Below, in pieces: positions 35,966 through 49,797 of a DNA stretch of 64,000 nt. The position numbers and the translations under genes are program-made. The notes under the pieces are model-generated. The model had not been told where the DNA came from. It saw nothing but the letters and a program-made list of their open reading frames with translations, and did no database searches. Source of the stretch: Callorhinchus milii (lineage: Eukaryota); the NCBI RefSeq assembly GCF_018977255.1, contig NW_024704742.1, forward strand, positions 63,800,001 to 63,864,000, given 5' to 3'. How positions within the stretch are numbered: position 1 is the stretch's first letter; every line of letters begins with the position of its first letter.

Positions 35966-37899
35966 CTTAGACTTTGCTAAGGGAAACGGTCCTCAACTCA
36001 TCCAGATTTTAAATCGTGCTCATTCTGACAACAGTAAAAACATTGGTTATCCACGCACCATTTATACGCATTCACCTCCAAAGCAGAAGTTGAATGACGG
36101 GCCTGCAAAATGCCAGGAAACAAAAATACCCGTGTTGCACACAAAGTTGCTAAGGACGCTCCGAGATGGCTATTGAATACTAACCACTGCGTACAAATAC
36201 AGCAACAGTGTGTTCTCTGCTGGTAATGAAGACCTATATTATTACATTATATAGTTTAGAGTTGGAAGACTGAAAGAGACTGGCTGTGTGTGGTATGACA
36301 GGGATAGTATAATTTCTGATGGAAAAATTATCAATCAATTTCTTCACCAAATAGCTATTCAATTCTTCTTGCCAGAAGTATAAGAAGGTAGAAAGTTTGC
36401 AGAAAACACATGAAATAGTTTCTCAATTCATTTTTTAAAATAACTAGCAGTATATATATGACCATCAATATATGACTATTATACATAGTCTTGCATTCTG
36501 CAAAAGCTCAGCTGGTTTCAAAGAAATAGCTGTGCATATAACATATATATTATTATAGATATATATATATAAAACATTTGCAGATGAAAATTTGGCCCAA
36601 TAAGGATCATCAACATGAAGACTGAGGTATGAATTAAGTATGATGAACAGAACGTGATTCATGTGGATTTAGACCTGTCTGGTTTGTTTGATAAAGCAAG
36701 AATAAAATTGAGGTCATTACACACTGAACATAGTGTTTAATCTTTCATACTAAAAATGTTGGTTTTGTTTTTATCCAATTGCCCAGATGATGATGCATTG
36801 GCTACCATAAGGTAAGATAACGCCTGGCACCAAATGCTTTTCACAGATAAAACTGAAACCTCAACATAATCACTTCCCGCACAACTTCCTCCCTTGTCAG
36901 TCTTTCACCACGTTAAATAGCACATCTAAATATAAAAAGACAGGATGGCAAGCGATAATAATAATTTGATCAACTGTTTGTGGGACATTGCTGTGCGCAT
37001 TTCACCCACAACATATACAGTCAATTTAATTTATAGTACATTCTGTGAAGGGCTTTGAGATGTCTCAACGACGTGATAAGCCACTATATCAAATGCAATG
37101 ATTATTATTATAAAAGATTATAAAAAAGGCAATACCTTTTGTGGCAAGTCAGTCACAGCCACTCTTCGATTCAGTGTCACTTACTGTACAGCAGGACTTC
37201 AGAAAAATGTTGAGGGAGTGTTCTTGCTTATAACAAGTAAAGAATAGACTGCTAGTTAGAGACACCTAATCCCATTGGACTGCTGATGGTCACGAGCCCA
37301 AACTAAGTGAAGCAAGTTTAAAAACATTCAACACGGGAAATGCTGAGCCACTGCTGAATCACCTCAGTAAAATCCTTTCCAGACAAATGACGACAATGAT
37401 GGCAACTTCTCTTCCTCCACAGGGGAAAGCCAGCATTACCTTTGCCAGATATCTTCTGCTGTACATTAAATCAAGTTGTCACCCAGCAATAAAACCAAGC
37501 AAACCGGTTCCGTTTTCTAGGTATACAAGATCTCCCAGGACGTACTTTCTCATTTACAAAAAAGGGAGATTCCAATTTCTGTTTTAACTACATTTCAACA
37601 TGTTTCACGGAAAAATCCCAACCGTTTGGCACTCACTATTGCAGCAAGTAGAATATAAAATGAAAGTCAGCGAGTTTTTAAAAAAAAGCTCGAGATATAC
37701 ATATGTTTTTACAGAACTTTGAATGGATTGGTTTTGAACGAAAACATTTGACAAAATAGTTAAGTTTCCCTCTGCCCCACAGATACAGAATTCAACTAAT
37801 GCCTTTTTTGCCAGAACCACTTTTAATGCTCACTTTGCAATATATAGTATTCATATATACATATATACAGTAAATTCAGAACAAATCTATGCAAACACC

Positions 37900-38122
37900 T
37901 TCAGTGAGCGAAAAGTGAACCTTTGGAACAGGCTCCCTAGGGAGATGGTTCAAGCAGGAAGTGTTGATTCTTTCAAATACAGATTAGATAGTTTTCTTTT
38001 AAGAAATAACATTATTGTATATAGGTAGTTTGGGACATGTATGCATGAGACCGCCAAGAAGGTGGAAGGCGAACTAGATGGACCTTGGTCTTTTTTCGTC
38101 GAGCATTTCTTATGTTCTTATG
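37900..38122 (+). mobile_element. CR1 3' fragment; same subfamily on the minus strand at about 32430-32630
   Basis: gtgaacctttggaacaggctccc...ggtggaaggcgaactagatggaccttggtc...ttcttatgttcttatg. Confidence 0.8.
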
Positions 38123-38600
38123 TTATTTACATTGAGCTTCTTCAAAATGCCTCAAAAATACATTACAGAAATGGTAACCGGACACCAGGCTGTCTGCGAG
38201 GGTATTGTAAACATGGTTTTTGCTGAAGCTTTTTCATTTCTTCACAATATTTGGAAGCACGTTTTCTTTGTTGTTCTCTTTATGTTTGCGAACATTGGCC
38301 GCTGAATTCCTTTGGTTGGGATAAAGAGGGAAGCTAAGTTTATGAACCTCCCATTGGGCATTATCCAGGGCGCTCTGCAAAACCCAGCAGGAAGCCTCTG
38401 TATAACTGGGAGCTGTGAACAACGTCATGCTTCTCCTCAACTACGGGATTCCAGGAAACGCAGGCCATGTGCCTGACCAGTTGCCACCAACCTGACACAC
38501 ACTATTGCTGGTTTCTGCTTATATTTATGTTAAAGCAATTCATGTATTATTTACAGCTTGGAGCCGAACAGTTTGCCAACGGAATGTCACAATCAAGTCA

Positions 38601-39119
38601 ACCCTCTGTAGCAGTCTCGATAGCCCAGTTCCTGAGCCAGGCATGTCCGCAGTATTCCAGGGCACTGCTGATGACAGCACAGCCAACCTGGCTCATTGGC
38701 AGGACATGGGAGGGCAGACCAGTCACTGGGCCTGGGAGTCATCTCACTTAGCTCCTATTAACCCTGCAAGCCAAAGCCCTAGTGGATAGGGTGGTCCCAG
38801 CTGGACAAGCAGCAGGAAAGCTTGCCAGACAGCGATATCAATGGCAAACTATTTGGTTTTAACTGGTTAGACTCCAGAAGTACCCCAACACACATTCATG
38901 TACCCAAGTCTTGGCTCTTGCCATGAGTCTAATACTTTTCGGAATTAGATAAGCAGGATGGGTCCCTCCATGGAGGGAGTGCACATTCCATTCTAATAAA
39001 CAACTCTGCAATTTTCATGTTTGGGTGGGGATGCCCGGAACTCTTAGTTTGGTTTGGATACTCTTAAACGTGGTGAAGGATTTCCGCATGTGTCAAGACA
39101 CCCGGTTGACCAAAAAAAA
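38601..39119 (+). mobile_element. Unclassified ~520-bp interspersed repeat (family C), apparently full length, poly(A)-terminated
   Basis: Starts ccctctg..gtctc..tagcccagttcctgagccag; ends gtgtcaagacacccggttgaccAAAAAAAA; collinear with several other copies in the window. Confidence 0.8.
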
Positions 39120-39149
39120 TGAAATAAGTCGCTTACTAAATTTAGAGCG

Positions 39150-39460
39150 CTGCATTATCAGAGGTGCCTTTCTTCAGATGAAGTGTTAAACCAAGGTCCC
39201 ACCTGCCTGTTCAGGTGGACATTAAAGATCCCATTGTCGCTATTTGAAAAGAAAGGCAAGTTTCTCCGGGTGTGCTGACCAGCAATCTCCCAGATAAAAC
39301 CGGTCACTCACTTCATGGATGTTTGTTTGTGGAACATTGCTGTGCACAAATTGGGCTGCTGCATTTGCCTACAAAATACAGTCACTACACTTTATAATAA
39401 ATCCTGTAAGCACTTTGAAACATCAGTGACGTGATAAGGTACTATATCGAATGCATAATA
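39150..39460 (+). mobile_element. SINE family B, 5'-truncated
   Basis: gaggtgcc...gttaaaccaagg...ctgcctgttcaggtggacattaaagatccc...tail. Confidence 0.8.
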
Positions 39461-42400
39461 ATATTTCCAGAACAGGTTTTTTGAAAAAAATTGAGACTTA
39501 TTAATTTAGGTCCATTCTGGACTATACAAAATATAGTATGTTGCGTTGGAAATGGCATTTATGCTTGAAAGCAGTGGGATTTGTCAAGACAGGAAACGAC
39601 TAATGACGTGGCTCTATCCGCCTGCTTGAAAAACAAATTCTTGTTCCACTGAAACAGCTGAGATATAATTAAGCGATTCCCCACCTTCTTTTGCAATTTG
39701 TCCCATTCTCCTACTTTCCCCGAGCTCCTCCATACACTTTCATACATCTCGTTTTCAGCTATTTGTCCAATTCTCTCTTTACACTACTTTAATATCAACA
39801 CTACTTTAATATCAACTGCTTCAGGTGGGTTATTCCACATCCCAACACTAAAAATAAAACACCCAACTTCGCCCTTTACTCTTTTGGTAATTACCTTAAA
39901 TCTATACTCTTTAGTTATAGTAATAAATAATCCTTGCCTTCGAAATAGTTCCTTATCACATTGTCAAAATGTCTTCACAACAATTACACTGTGAAGTGTG
40001 CCGACTATTTTGTAGGTGAACTTGGCAGTCAATTTGTGCAAAGCATTGCCCTCCAAACAACTATAAAATGAATGAGCCAAGTTTTTCTGGAGGATAGTTA
40101 CTGTTCTGTATTCCTGAACCATACAGGCCAAGGTGATTCCAAAGTCATCCCTCGCCTGTTAATGTGAATCTGTGAATAAGGAGAATTGAGGAAATACCAG
40201 CTAGTCAGCAGTTACTGTCTATCTACATACTTTTTAAAAAAAAAGGCCACTTAGGCAAGTTATCGAACGGTTAGAAGCACCTCGAGGAATTGCACAACAA
40301 GCATTATCACGCCCTTCAGTAGAAAAAATTAATTGCGTCAAGGGCTTTTGAGACGCTCTCCTGAAGTGAATGGCGCTATAAAAATGTTGCTGTGGAGAAA
40401 GGGAGGAGGAGTACAATGTCAAAGCGGAAAAAGAGCATTAGTGACACTCTCTTTCGTGGAAAAAGGGAAGGAGGGATAAAAACAGGAATGCTTTTGAAAG
40501 GATGATATTCCTTGAATATGATGTAGCACCTTTCATGTTGGGAGGATGTCTCATAGCATTTCACAGGATTTACTGTAAAGTGTAGTGACCATGTCTTTTG
40601 TAGCTGAGAGCAAAGCTTTAGATTTATTTTTCTCTCTTCTCTCTCTCTCTCTCTCTCTCCCCTATTCGAATGTAGACCAAGATGTCAGGCAGGAAAATAT
40701 AAAAAGCATACAATTTTCAGTACAATTAATGATTTTACACACACAAACCTTTTACTTGCACTTCTACTTTCAGAGCTGAATATTATATACTTGCATTGGC
40801 TTATAAAAATGTTGAATCAAGGACTCGATTGTTTAAAAAAAATTGGCCAGCAAACAGTAAAACTGAGCCAATTCCAAGAATCCTGAAACAAGTTGACTGT
40901 ACAATGTCAAAGTTTCCCTTGAATTCACTGGTATTTGCCAACAGATCTCACCCATCCTAGCATGTTAATCAATAATATGTTTATTGGTGTGAATGCAGGG
41001 TGAAAACTATGGTTAGGATATTGTTTCACAATTCCTGTCCAGAAACAGTGACAATTACTATATTACAAAGGCGAGAGACTGGATTGATGTAAGTACAGAG
41101 GTAAAATCCCATACAAGTACATCACTGGCATGAATCTCAGGTTATGTGACTCAGTGCCCCATCACCAAGTATGGTAACATAATACTGGCAATACTGTAGT
41201 GCTGGTGTCAACATACCACTGCCAAAAGCCACCAATAGCAGTACGGTCTCAGTTTACTTCCTCGCTCACCCAGATATCAGACTCCTGTGATAAAAGAGCT
41301 CTCACTCCCATCAGTATAAAGTCTGACTGCTGTCCACAGGTCAACAAGCACACAATTGTGTACATGTAGAGGCCTGTAGACCACAGAGTTTCTCCATCTC
41401 TCGGGCTCTCAGACTTGACGCCAGTCTCCAGTGCAACAGTCATCAATAACATCAGCAAGCTTCCCCATGGCACGTTTTCTCTCCAAGATCATAGTGTGAG
41501 TCTTTTCATTACCCCCCCGCCCCCCACCCCCACCCCACTCCCTGACATGTTTCATGTAGTATCCTGGAATTGCCCCCTCCAAAAAAAAACCCAAGCAAGC
41601 CAGGTTGCAACTTCCCAAATTCTAGCCTTACAATACAAATTCATATTTCTATAATGCCTTGCACATCGAGAGGATGTCCCAACCTCTGGTTAACGGTCCA
41701 GTGTAGTGAGCCCCACAGATCAACTGTCGTCAAGATAGGGAAACTTTCATTTTGCATTTGAAGCCCGACTGCCGCTGGTGCGGCAGGTTGGATAAGGACA
41801 TGGGGTGGGCTGAGCAGAGACATAGGGCAGGACAGAGCTTGCTGAGCTGCTATTAAGACAAGTTGCTATATCCCAATGCAAGTTGCTATATGCCAATGCT
41901 GTTTCCCTTCTTTCCATGGTTCTCTTCCCCAACCACAGAAAGGCGGGGCCACCAAAAGCTTTGAGTTGGGAAGAACATACACGATCACCCAGCCCGACGA
42001 GAGCTGTATAACCTTGTAATAAGTCCCAAGTATTGGCCAGGAACAGGTAACATTACTTTGTAAACCAACAAAAACAGTCAAGAAGTCATTAGGTTCAGTG
42101 TTACCAGCAACTACTGCTGCTGCTTGCAGAAACCACCACCACCATGATCTACTATTGCCTAGCCTAGATACGATCTTCCTGACTACAGGCAGTAGGGAAA
42201 CCTCTGTACGTCATGCCGACTAATCATCTCAGCCTTGTGTGCATTTATCTGCACTGAAGACTATAATAAGATACATACAAACACCCTATTTATACTGTGC
42301 ACATGGGCTGAGAAATTGGGTCAGGTGCAGCTGCAACTCCAGGCAAGACTTATTTTGGGAGGACCACATTACAGTAGTTAATCATCAGTAATCACTCACT

Positions 42401-43275
42401 CTCTCTCATCTCCAATATCAGAGCCGCGTGTTTCTGTCATACAGCTGGAATATTCCTTCATGTGCTTGTTTCTTCCACTTTCAGTAGTGCAAAAAAAACG
42501 TTCTAACATAAAAGATTATTCAGGGCCTTTAGTTGATGAGATACTGAAGGCATGGGGCAAAAATAATTGTGTCCAAGGTATATTATGGGAGGTTGGATGG
42601 TTAGGTGAGGAGTTTAAGATGAAGCAATGATCTGAACCTGACAAACTTACCATGGGGTGAAATTTGTAGTCAACATGATGTTTATTGTTGAATGGCAAGA
42701 CTGGTCTGGGCTTGGACTACTAGTCACAGCTTTTGACTGTTCATTAGCGAGAGACTGATTTTTGGAGTTTGTTTACTAGAAAGCCGATATCCCGTTAACC
42801 AAACATAAAGGCCATAATCCAAAATCCTACACTGTCGACATAGCTACTTTCATCTTAACCATTGATGGAGAGGGAGGTGAGGGAGGAAAGAGTTTCCATC
42901 ACCAGGCTAATTGATGTGACAAATATCACATGGAGTGCAAATTTCACTCCAATTCAACAACTGAGATTTTGTAAAGCCCTTGCCCTCAGTAATAATAATC
43001 CTTGTATTTCAATATAGCACCTTAAGACATCAGGGTGAAAATGCTCTTGTCTTTTAAAATAGTGCCACAGAATTTTTAACATTGATTTGAACCTTGGTTT
43101 AAGCACCGAGCTTACAGTAAATCAGATATGATATTATATTCAATGACAGCTTACTGCTGAAAATAACAACTACAACACCACCAATAATCTGCATTTATGT
43201 AGCCCCTCAATGAGGGTATCATCTCAGATCACTGATAAGCTCTGAGTTGGATTGTACGTTAGCAGTTGCCACATT

Positions 43276-43558
43276 AATAATAATAATAACCCTTGCATTT
43301 GTTATAGCGCTTTTCACACCTTCTAGACGTCCCAAAGCGCTTCACAGAATATACTGTAAAGCGAATTGACTGTATATTTGTGGGCGAACACGGCAGCCAA
43401 TTGTGCACAGCAATGTCCCACAAACAGTCGTAGATTGAAAATGACCAATTTTTATTATTGTTTTTTGTTTTAGAGGGATTATTATTAGGCGTGTGGAGTA
43501 AGGAAACTTGCCCAAGGTTTCGCCCTGCCTGGAATTGAACTCAGGTCTCTCGCTTGCA
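43276..43558 (-). mobile_element. SINE family A, short variant, truncated in the tRNA head
   Basis: Matches other copies up to ctctcgcttgca. Confidence 0.88.
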
Positions 43559-44289
43559 TTGACGGTAGCATAGCTGAAAAGACTATAAGGTCTTTGGCAA
43601 TCGAGGGTCCGGGAGCAATTATATGTGGGAAAGTTCTCAAAAATCCTAACTTCTGATCTGAATTTGCATAAGCAGATCTATGGTAGTAGACAGCTGAGTT
43701 GCATTGCAAGAGGTTTCCAATATCATCGAAATCCCAGTTCAGTTACACCACATGCACTTTAGAAACATTGGAACCAGTCAGATGGTCCACAAAGATCTTC
43801 TCCAGTCCTATATATCCATTCCTAAGTTCCAATTCTTCGGGCAACTCAATCATTGGAGACATTAGAAACCTGGAAAAGGAGGTTCATTCAACTCATCAAA
43901 CTGGTTCCCCAAGCATTGCTTGAAACTTCCCACTGAAACCAGATTGAATGTGGGCAAAGAAGAGACATCAGGGATTGGGCTGGGTTAACTCATGTTCGAG
44001 CAGTCATAGCAGTTGCTGTCCAGGCTCACACATGGTTGCTTGGTTGAGGTAATAGGGAGCTTCTGCAAGTGACTCCACCTTAAAATGAGTCACGGCTTAT
44101 ACACAGAACGCGCACAAGTGGTGGGGGCCAAAAACAAAATATGTATAGTTTCTGTAACTTAGGAGTCCAATAAAATCAATTCAATTAAACATTTTGTGGG
44201 CAGTGGAATGAAAAAAGGTCACAGAAAAAGAAATCTACAGCAGAAGAAGGCCATTCAGCCCATTGATTCCACGGGGTCACAAGAGCAAG

Positions 44290-44892
44290 GAGATGAACTC
44301 AATCAAACTGTATAGGGCTTTGGTGAGACCGCATCTAGAGTATTGTGTGCAGTTTTGGTCTCCTTATTTNAAAAAGGACATACTTACCCTAGCGTAGCGT
44401 AGATTCACTTGGTTAGTTCCTACGATAAGGGGACTGACCTATGAGGATAGGCTAAATAAACTAGGGCTATATTCTCTAGAGTACAGAAGAATTAGGGGAG
44501 ATCTTATTGAAACTTATAAGATTCTTAAAGGGCTGGATAAAGTAGACACTGAGGGTCTGTTTCCCCTGGTAGGAGAATCTATAACCAGGGGTCACAGTCT
44601 TAAAATTAAGGGTCAGCATCTTAGAACAGAGTTGAGGAAACATTTCTTCACTCAGAGGGTAGTGAACTTATGGAATTCACTACCCCAGAAGGCTGCAGAT
44701 GCTCAGTCCTTGAACATTTTCAAGGCTGATACTGATAGATTCTTGAAAAATAGAGGGATTAGGGGATATGGGGATAGGGCAGGTAATCAGAGTTAGGTGA
44801 GAAGATCAGCCATGATCTTATTGAATGGCGGAGCAGGCACGAAGGGCCGAATGGCCTACTCCTGCTCCTAATTCTTATGTTCTTATGTTCTT
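44290..44892 (+). mobile_element. CR1 LINE 3' fragment (ORF2 C-terminus, 3' UTR, (TTCTTATG)n tail)
   Basis: Translates to LYRALVRPHLEYCVQFWSPY...LGLYSLEYRRIRGDLIETYKILKG...RGHSLKI...HFFTQRVVNLWNSLP; sits inside an older opposite-strand CR1 3' end (about 44220-44285 and 44893-44965); one N at 44370. Confidence 0.93.
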
Positions 44893-45029
44893 AAACCGCC
44901 CCACCTTATCCCCTTACCCCTTCAAGACCTCTCTTTCTTATGCTTGTCTACATCCCGCTTGAAAGCTAAAATTATAAATCCAGTATATTATAAAAATACT
45001 TCTTCCATTTGATATAGCACCTGCAATAT

Positions 45030-45300
45030 GGAACAACAACAACAACAAGATTCCATTTATAGAGCGCCTTTCACGTCGGGAAGACGTCCCAAGGCGCTGT
45101 ACAGTTGGGTCAGGACCCGAGCATTGGGGGGAAATGCTCAGGGTGAGGGGAGGGAAGGGAGGAAGTGAGGAGGAGGTAGAGAGTCGAGAGGGGAGCTGAA
45201 GGCACGGTCAAAGAGAAAGGTCTTGAGACCGGCCTTGAAGGAGGAAAGGGAGGAGGCGGCGAAGGCACTGGGGGATAGAGTTCCAGAGCCTAGGGGCTGA
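45030..45300 (-). mobile_element. L2 LINE 3' end with (TTG)n tail; related ends at about 16305-16615 (-), 56380-56498 (+), 57465-57670 (+), 59880-60046 (+)
   Basis: Minus strand cagcgccttgggacgtcttcccgacgtgaaaggcgctctataaatgg...(ttg)n; upstream ctctggaactctatcccc. Confidence 0.8.
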
Positions 45301-46355
45301 GAGAAAGTGCTTCAGTTCACAGGTATCGGATGCCACGTGTGGTGACTGCAGGCCCATAATTCCACCTAGTCTTATCCTGCGAGACCACAGTTTTAATCAA
45401 ATTGATCATGAAGAATTATGGAAATGCCTTCAATTCAATCTCAATTTGGAAGTCAGTTTTCTATATCTTGTTTTCAAAGAAAGCTGCCAAATTAAGGCTG
45501 AATTCAACAATTTTCTACTATTTCTGAATGTTCTTAAAATTTTAAAACAAAGTAGTCATTATTAAAAAAAATTTGGGTGGAATGTTGGCCAGGATAACTA
45601 GGGGAAAAAAAACTTTTTGAACAGTGCCAAAAGATCGTGAACGTCAACCCGAATGAGCTAAAACGTTCGGGCAAAATTCTCCAAGTGTGCAACCTTCATT
45701 GTTGGGCATCAGGTAAGCACTAAATATGGACAGGATGCAGGACTGGTTTCACTGGCTAGGACAACATTCTCAACATTTTATTCCAGAGAGATCCTGGCTA
45801 CACATCAGTTCATAACTCCAAGCAATCCTGAAACTAGTTAGCAATTCTGACCAGCGATAGCCAAGTTTGGCTGATATTACTGAAGCAAATGAGTTTGCTT
45901 ATTAACATTCCAGTGGAGATAGAGATGCTGGGAAGCAGATTGAGCCTCAATTCCATTCTCTCCCCCTGAATCCATCCTCAGCGCTGCTCCTCAATCTTCT
46001 TTTTGTGATTTACATCCTTAGTAGAGTATTTATTTTCATTTATGGAGCTTGTGGCTTTAGGCTTTCCATTTCAGGTCTGCTTGGCCTCTCCTGACGCTCA
46101 CGGCACGATGCCTGCAGAACACGTTATAGCAGCAGCTGCCAGGAACTGCATCCAAATGCAACTAGATTCTGGTTACCGATTAGCAAGTCACTGTGTGCTA
46201 ACATGAATAACATCTAATGTTATGGTACATTGTTGCAAATTATTCTTGCATTAATGCAAGGTGTTTGTGTGTGTAAACTCTCTACCAGCACAGTGTCCGC
46301 TGAACATGTTGCTCTGACATGAGGTTTCTTATGGTCTTGGTTTTACCGTGAATTT

Positions 46356-46788
46356 TATAATAATAATCCTTACATTTGGTAGAGCGTTTTTCATGTCAGG
46401 AGGATGTCCCAAAGCACTATGCTGTAAAGTATAGGATATACTGTAGACTGGGGTGACTGTATTTGTGGGCAAACGCGGCAGCCAATTTGGACACAATAAT
46501 GTCCCACAAACAGCCATGAAGTGAATCACAAATTTTATTTGGGGAAATTGTTGGACAGGACCCTGGGAGAAACTCCCTTCTCTTTTTTTGAAATAGTCAT
46601 GGCATCTTTAACGTCCACCCAAATGTGCAGGCAGGGCCTCAGTTTAACGTCTCCTCGCAAGGCAGCACCTCCAGCATTGCACTGGAGTGTCAGCTCAGAC
46701 TATATGAGTTCCAAGTTCCAACATGGGCTTTAACCCACAACCTTCCAACTCAGAGGCGCAAATGCTACCAACTGAAGCAGGCCGACAC
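46356..46788 (-). mobile_element. SINE family B, full length
   Basis: Head, Deu-like core and (ATT)n tail all present. Confidence 0.85.
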
Positions 46789-49389
46789 ATGTAGAATCGT
46801 GGTAAATTCTTCACTCAGCATTTGAAAACAGCACAGATTGCTGTAAGGATCTTTATATTAAATCTTAAAAAGCAATATATTCAAAAAAAGAGGATAAGAC
46901 AAAACACAATAATTCTGCTAAAGCACAACAAACTTCACCACGGCAAACTACCCGAACCATTAGCTTCTCGGTCATATCCCCATGAAATCAAGTCTGTGAG
47001 TAGTGCAGGATTGGTAAACATTATACAGAAGTAATGGCCCTTTAATAGAATCACCATTTCTCTGGTAAATTAGCTCTGCACTTGCAGGCTCTTGTCCTCT
47101 CTCTCTAGGAAATCCCTTCTCAAAACATTTAGAAATGAATGGGGGTGGGTGGCAGGAAAGGGGCTCTTTGAATGGAATAAGTACAATTAGGTTAAATTCT
47201 GTTCAGTGTTACATGTACCTTTGGTAATGGTGACCACGAATGGGATTTGCCTACAAGTGCACTGTCACTACACTTCGCAGTAAAATCCAATTAAGCACTT
47301 TGAGATTGTTGAACAATGCAATTAGGAGCTCTACCAAATGCAAGGATTGTTATTAATTATTATTATTATTTCCCAATAGACTCACTTTGGTGCTGCACGT
47401 TAAATCTAACCGGAAATTTTAACTCATATTTTTTATCTGGGTCAAAAATATCTATTTGTGGTACCATTAGCAATTGTCATAGTTAAGATTTTAATCCTAC
47501 CAAACTGAATGTATGGCATACAATGAACTTTTCTTTTTCACCAAAAAAAGACTTTCCTTTCACAAAGCTGGCTTTACTGTGCGCAACTGGCTGTCACATT
47601 TGCCCCCAAAATATATATATTCTGTGAAATGCTTTGAGATGTCTCAACAATGTGATAAAGTGCTATATCAAATGCAAGGATTATTATTAGTATGTTGCAG
47701 ACAGTTCTCGTGTGCAATTTCCATTTCAGGACGCCCAGGTGGTTTGCTGTCATTTAAACCTGCCTTAGAACAGAATCGGAGAGAAAAAGCTTGCAAGACG
47801 GGAGGAAACAGCTCAGCCATTGGTATTTGTGCTAGTGCTAGTTCCCCTGTGGAGCTATCTGCTCCAATCTCACTTGAGTGTTGTCCCTTCTGTCGGCACT
47901 TTAATTCAAGCACTGCAGAGAGTCAGTGGGATGGGGGGTGGGGAGATTCAAAGCTGTACACTTCTTTTTCTTTCCAAGTGTTTGCTAGTAACCTAACCCT
48001 TCAATAAAGGATACATTAAAAGCCTTAACCACATCAAGCCTAGTTACATCTGGCGGGTTTAATAAGGGAGTCATTACTTTAAAGTACTTAGCCATCATAG
48101 TTGTCACATGTTACAAAGAAATGTCTGTCCGCTAACCGTTTTAGAAACCTGGGCTTTAATTCTTACCTGACACAACGTGGGAAAAGTGATCCTTGTTAAG
48201 TGCAGTCCCAGACTGCGTGCATGACGGGTTGAGTAATGGTTTTGTTAACTACACCTCTGCAATAAGATGGGAAGTGAAGGTCTCGACGATAGAAAACAAA
48301 ACTCCGCTCACTTCCATCATCGAACTCAGGTCAAATTGCTGTCTAACAAAATACCCTTTTTTAAAAAAAAGTTGCACAAGGAATGATTCCGAAGGACTGA
48401 GTGATTTTTGGTAATGCTTTTAGGAAAGGGGGCAGAGCATTGTCTGGAAGTTGGTTTATTAATACAATTGGATAGTCTCCAATTCACCTCCTCCAGTTCG
48501 GAAAATTACCCTTTCTTCAAAATAGTTTCCATATGTGGTGTATGAACTGAAGTATACCCAGTTCCTTGGACTCGCACACCAGAGAAAACATTCCTGCATT
48601 TTTGGGGGAAAGAATATGTTTGCCATTTTGAAACATGACATTTTTTCACTTAACAAGATGATTTGTGCATCTGCAGCCACAACCAAATACGTAAATATGT
48701 GAAAATACCTTCTGTGTGGTTACTAACAAAATTATGTATGCATAGCATTGAAAGAGCATAGACAGTGAGCTCCTTCCTCCCTCTCCCCCCATCCCCACTG
48801 CAATTGGAGTCAATAAAAAACAGTTTCATAAGAGCTATAATAGAATGATTTAATTCCAAACAAAGTGTGAATGTGAAAAGAACGGGGACACACATACTTT
48901 CTAAAAATAAACTTCCACCATTTTTGGACATACCACTCTCTCTTAAACATTTCCACTGATATAACAAATAGCAATCTCACAACATCACAGCCCCTTAAGG
49001 CCTGACCTTGCTTTCGTAAATATAACTGGGTTTGTTCTTTTGTGCAACAACTTTTTGCTGATTATGTTGCTAATGTAAATAAAACCAGGGGAAAACTGGC
49101 AGAAGTCCATTCAAACTGACATCACTATGCCTTAAAAAGGAAAACTCTGAAAAGAAGCAACCTTTACCAAATCCGTTCATTTCTGAATGAGACGAGGAGG
49201 GAGGCAGGATGTTAAGTCAATACCCGAGCCTGGAAGATACCTAGTTCAGAAACAATTGCCCAGTCTGTAAACAATTATGTACTCTTTCAGTGCTGGCCAT
49301 GATTGAATTCTACCACCACACTACAGCTAGCGGGAAAACCAGATTACATTGGTTTCTTTTTGGGTTTAGTTGAACCAATATTCCACAAC

Positions 49390-49797
49390 GCTGTGCAAGC
49401 CAAGCACATGTGCACACACTCTCTCTCCCTCGCTTCCTTCCCCAGAGGGAAACAGTATCCTGCTCATCTAATACCAATGCATTAAGGTGGCGAGATCCAA
49501 GGCCTGGGAACCCCGTTGGGAGCACTGCTTGAACTTAACCAGCTAAAAACGCATAGCTTTCTTTTGAGAGTATAGTTTGGCAAGCTTTCCCGCTGCTTAT
49601 CCAGCTATGACTACCCTACGTGTTATGGCTTTGGCTTGTAGGGTTAACAGCTCAATCCCTGCCCCAGTTCCCTGTATGCCCAGTGTGCCCTCCAAAGTGC
49701 TGCTCGAGCCAAGTTGTGTGGTCTGCCATTAGCAGTCCCTGGAGCACTGCAGATTGACCTGGCTCAGGAATCCCACTACTGAGACTACCTCAGAGGG
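49390..49797 (-). mobile_element. Family C repeat, diverged; further fragments at about 18265-18395 (-) and 50280-50455 (+)
   Basis: tggcaagctttcccgctgcttatccagct...ctggctcaggaa...cagaggg. Confidence 0.7.

Noticed and set aside
38660..38720. CTGATGA in the 5' part of family C (also at about 53499-53505, minus) as a hammerhead core, or the region as an HDV-like ribozyme
   Set aside because: No stem II followed by GAAA; a third copy reads CTAATGG; I could not build the P1/P1.1/P2/P3 nested pseudoknot.
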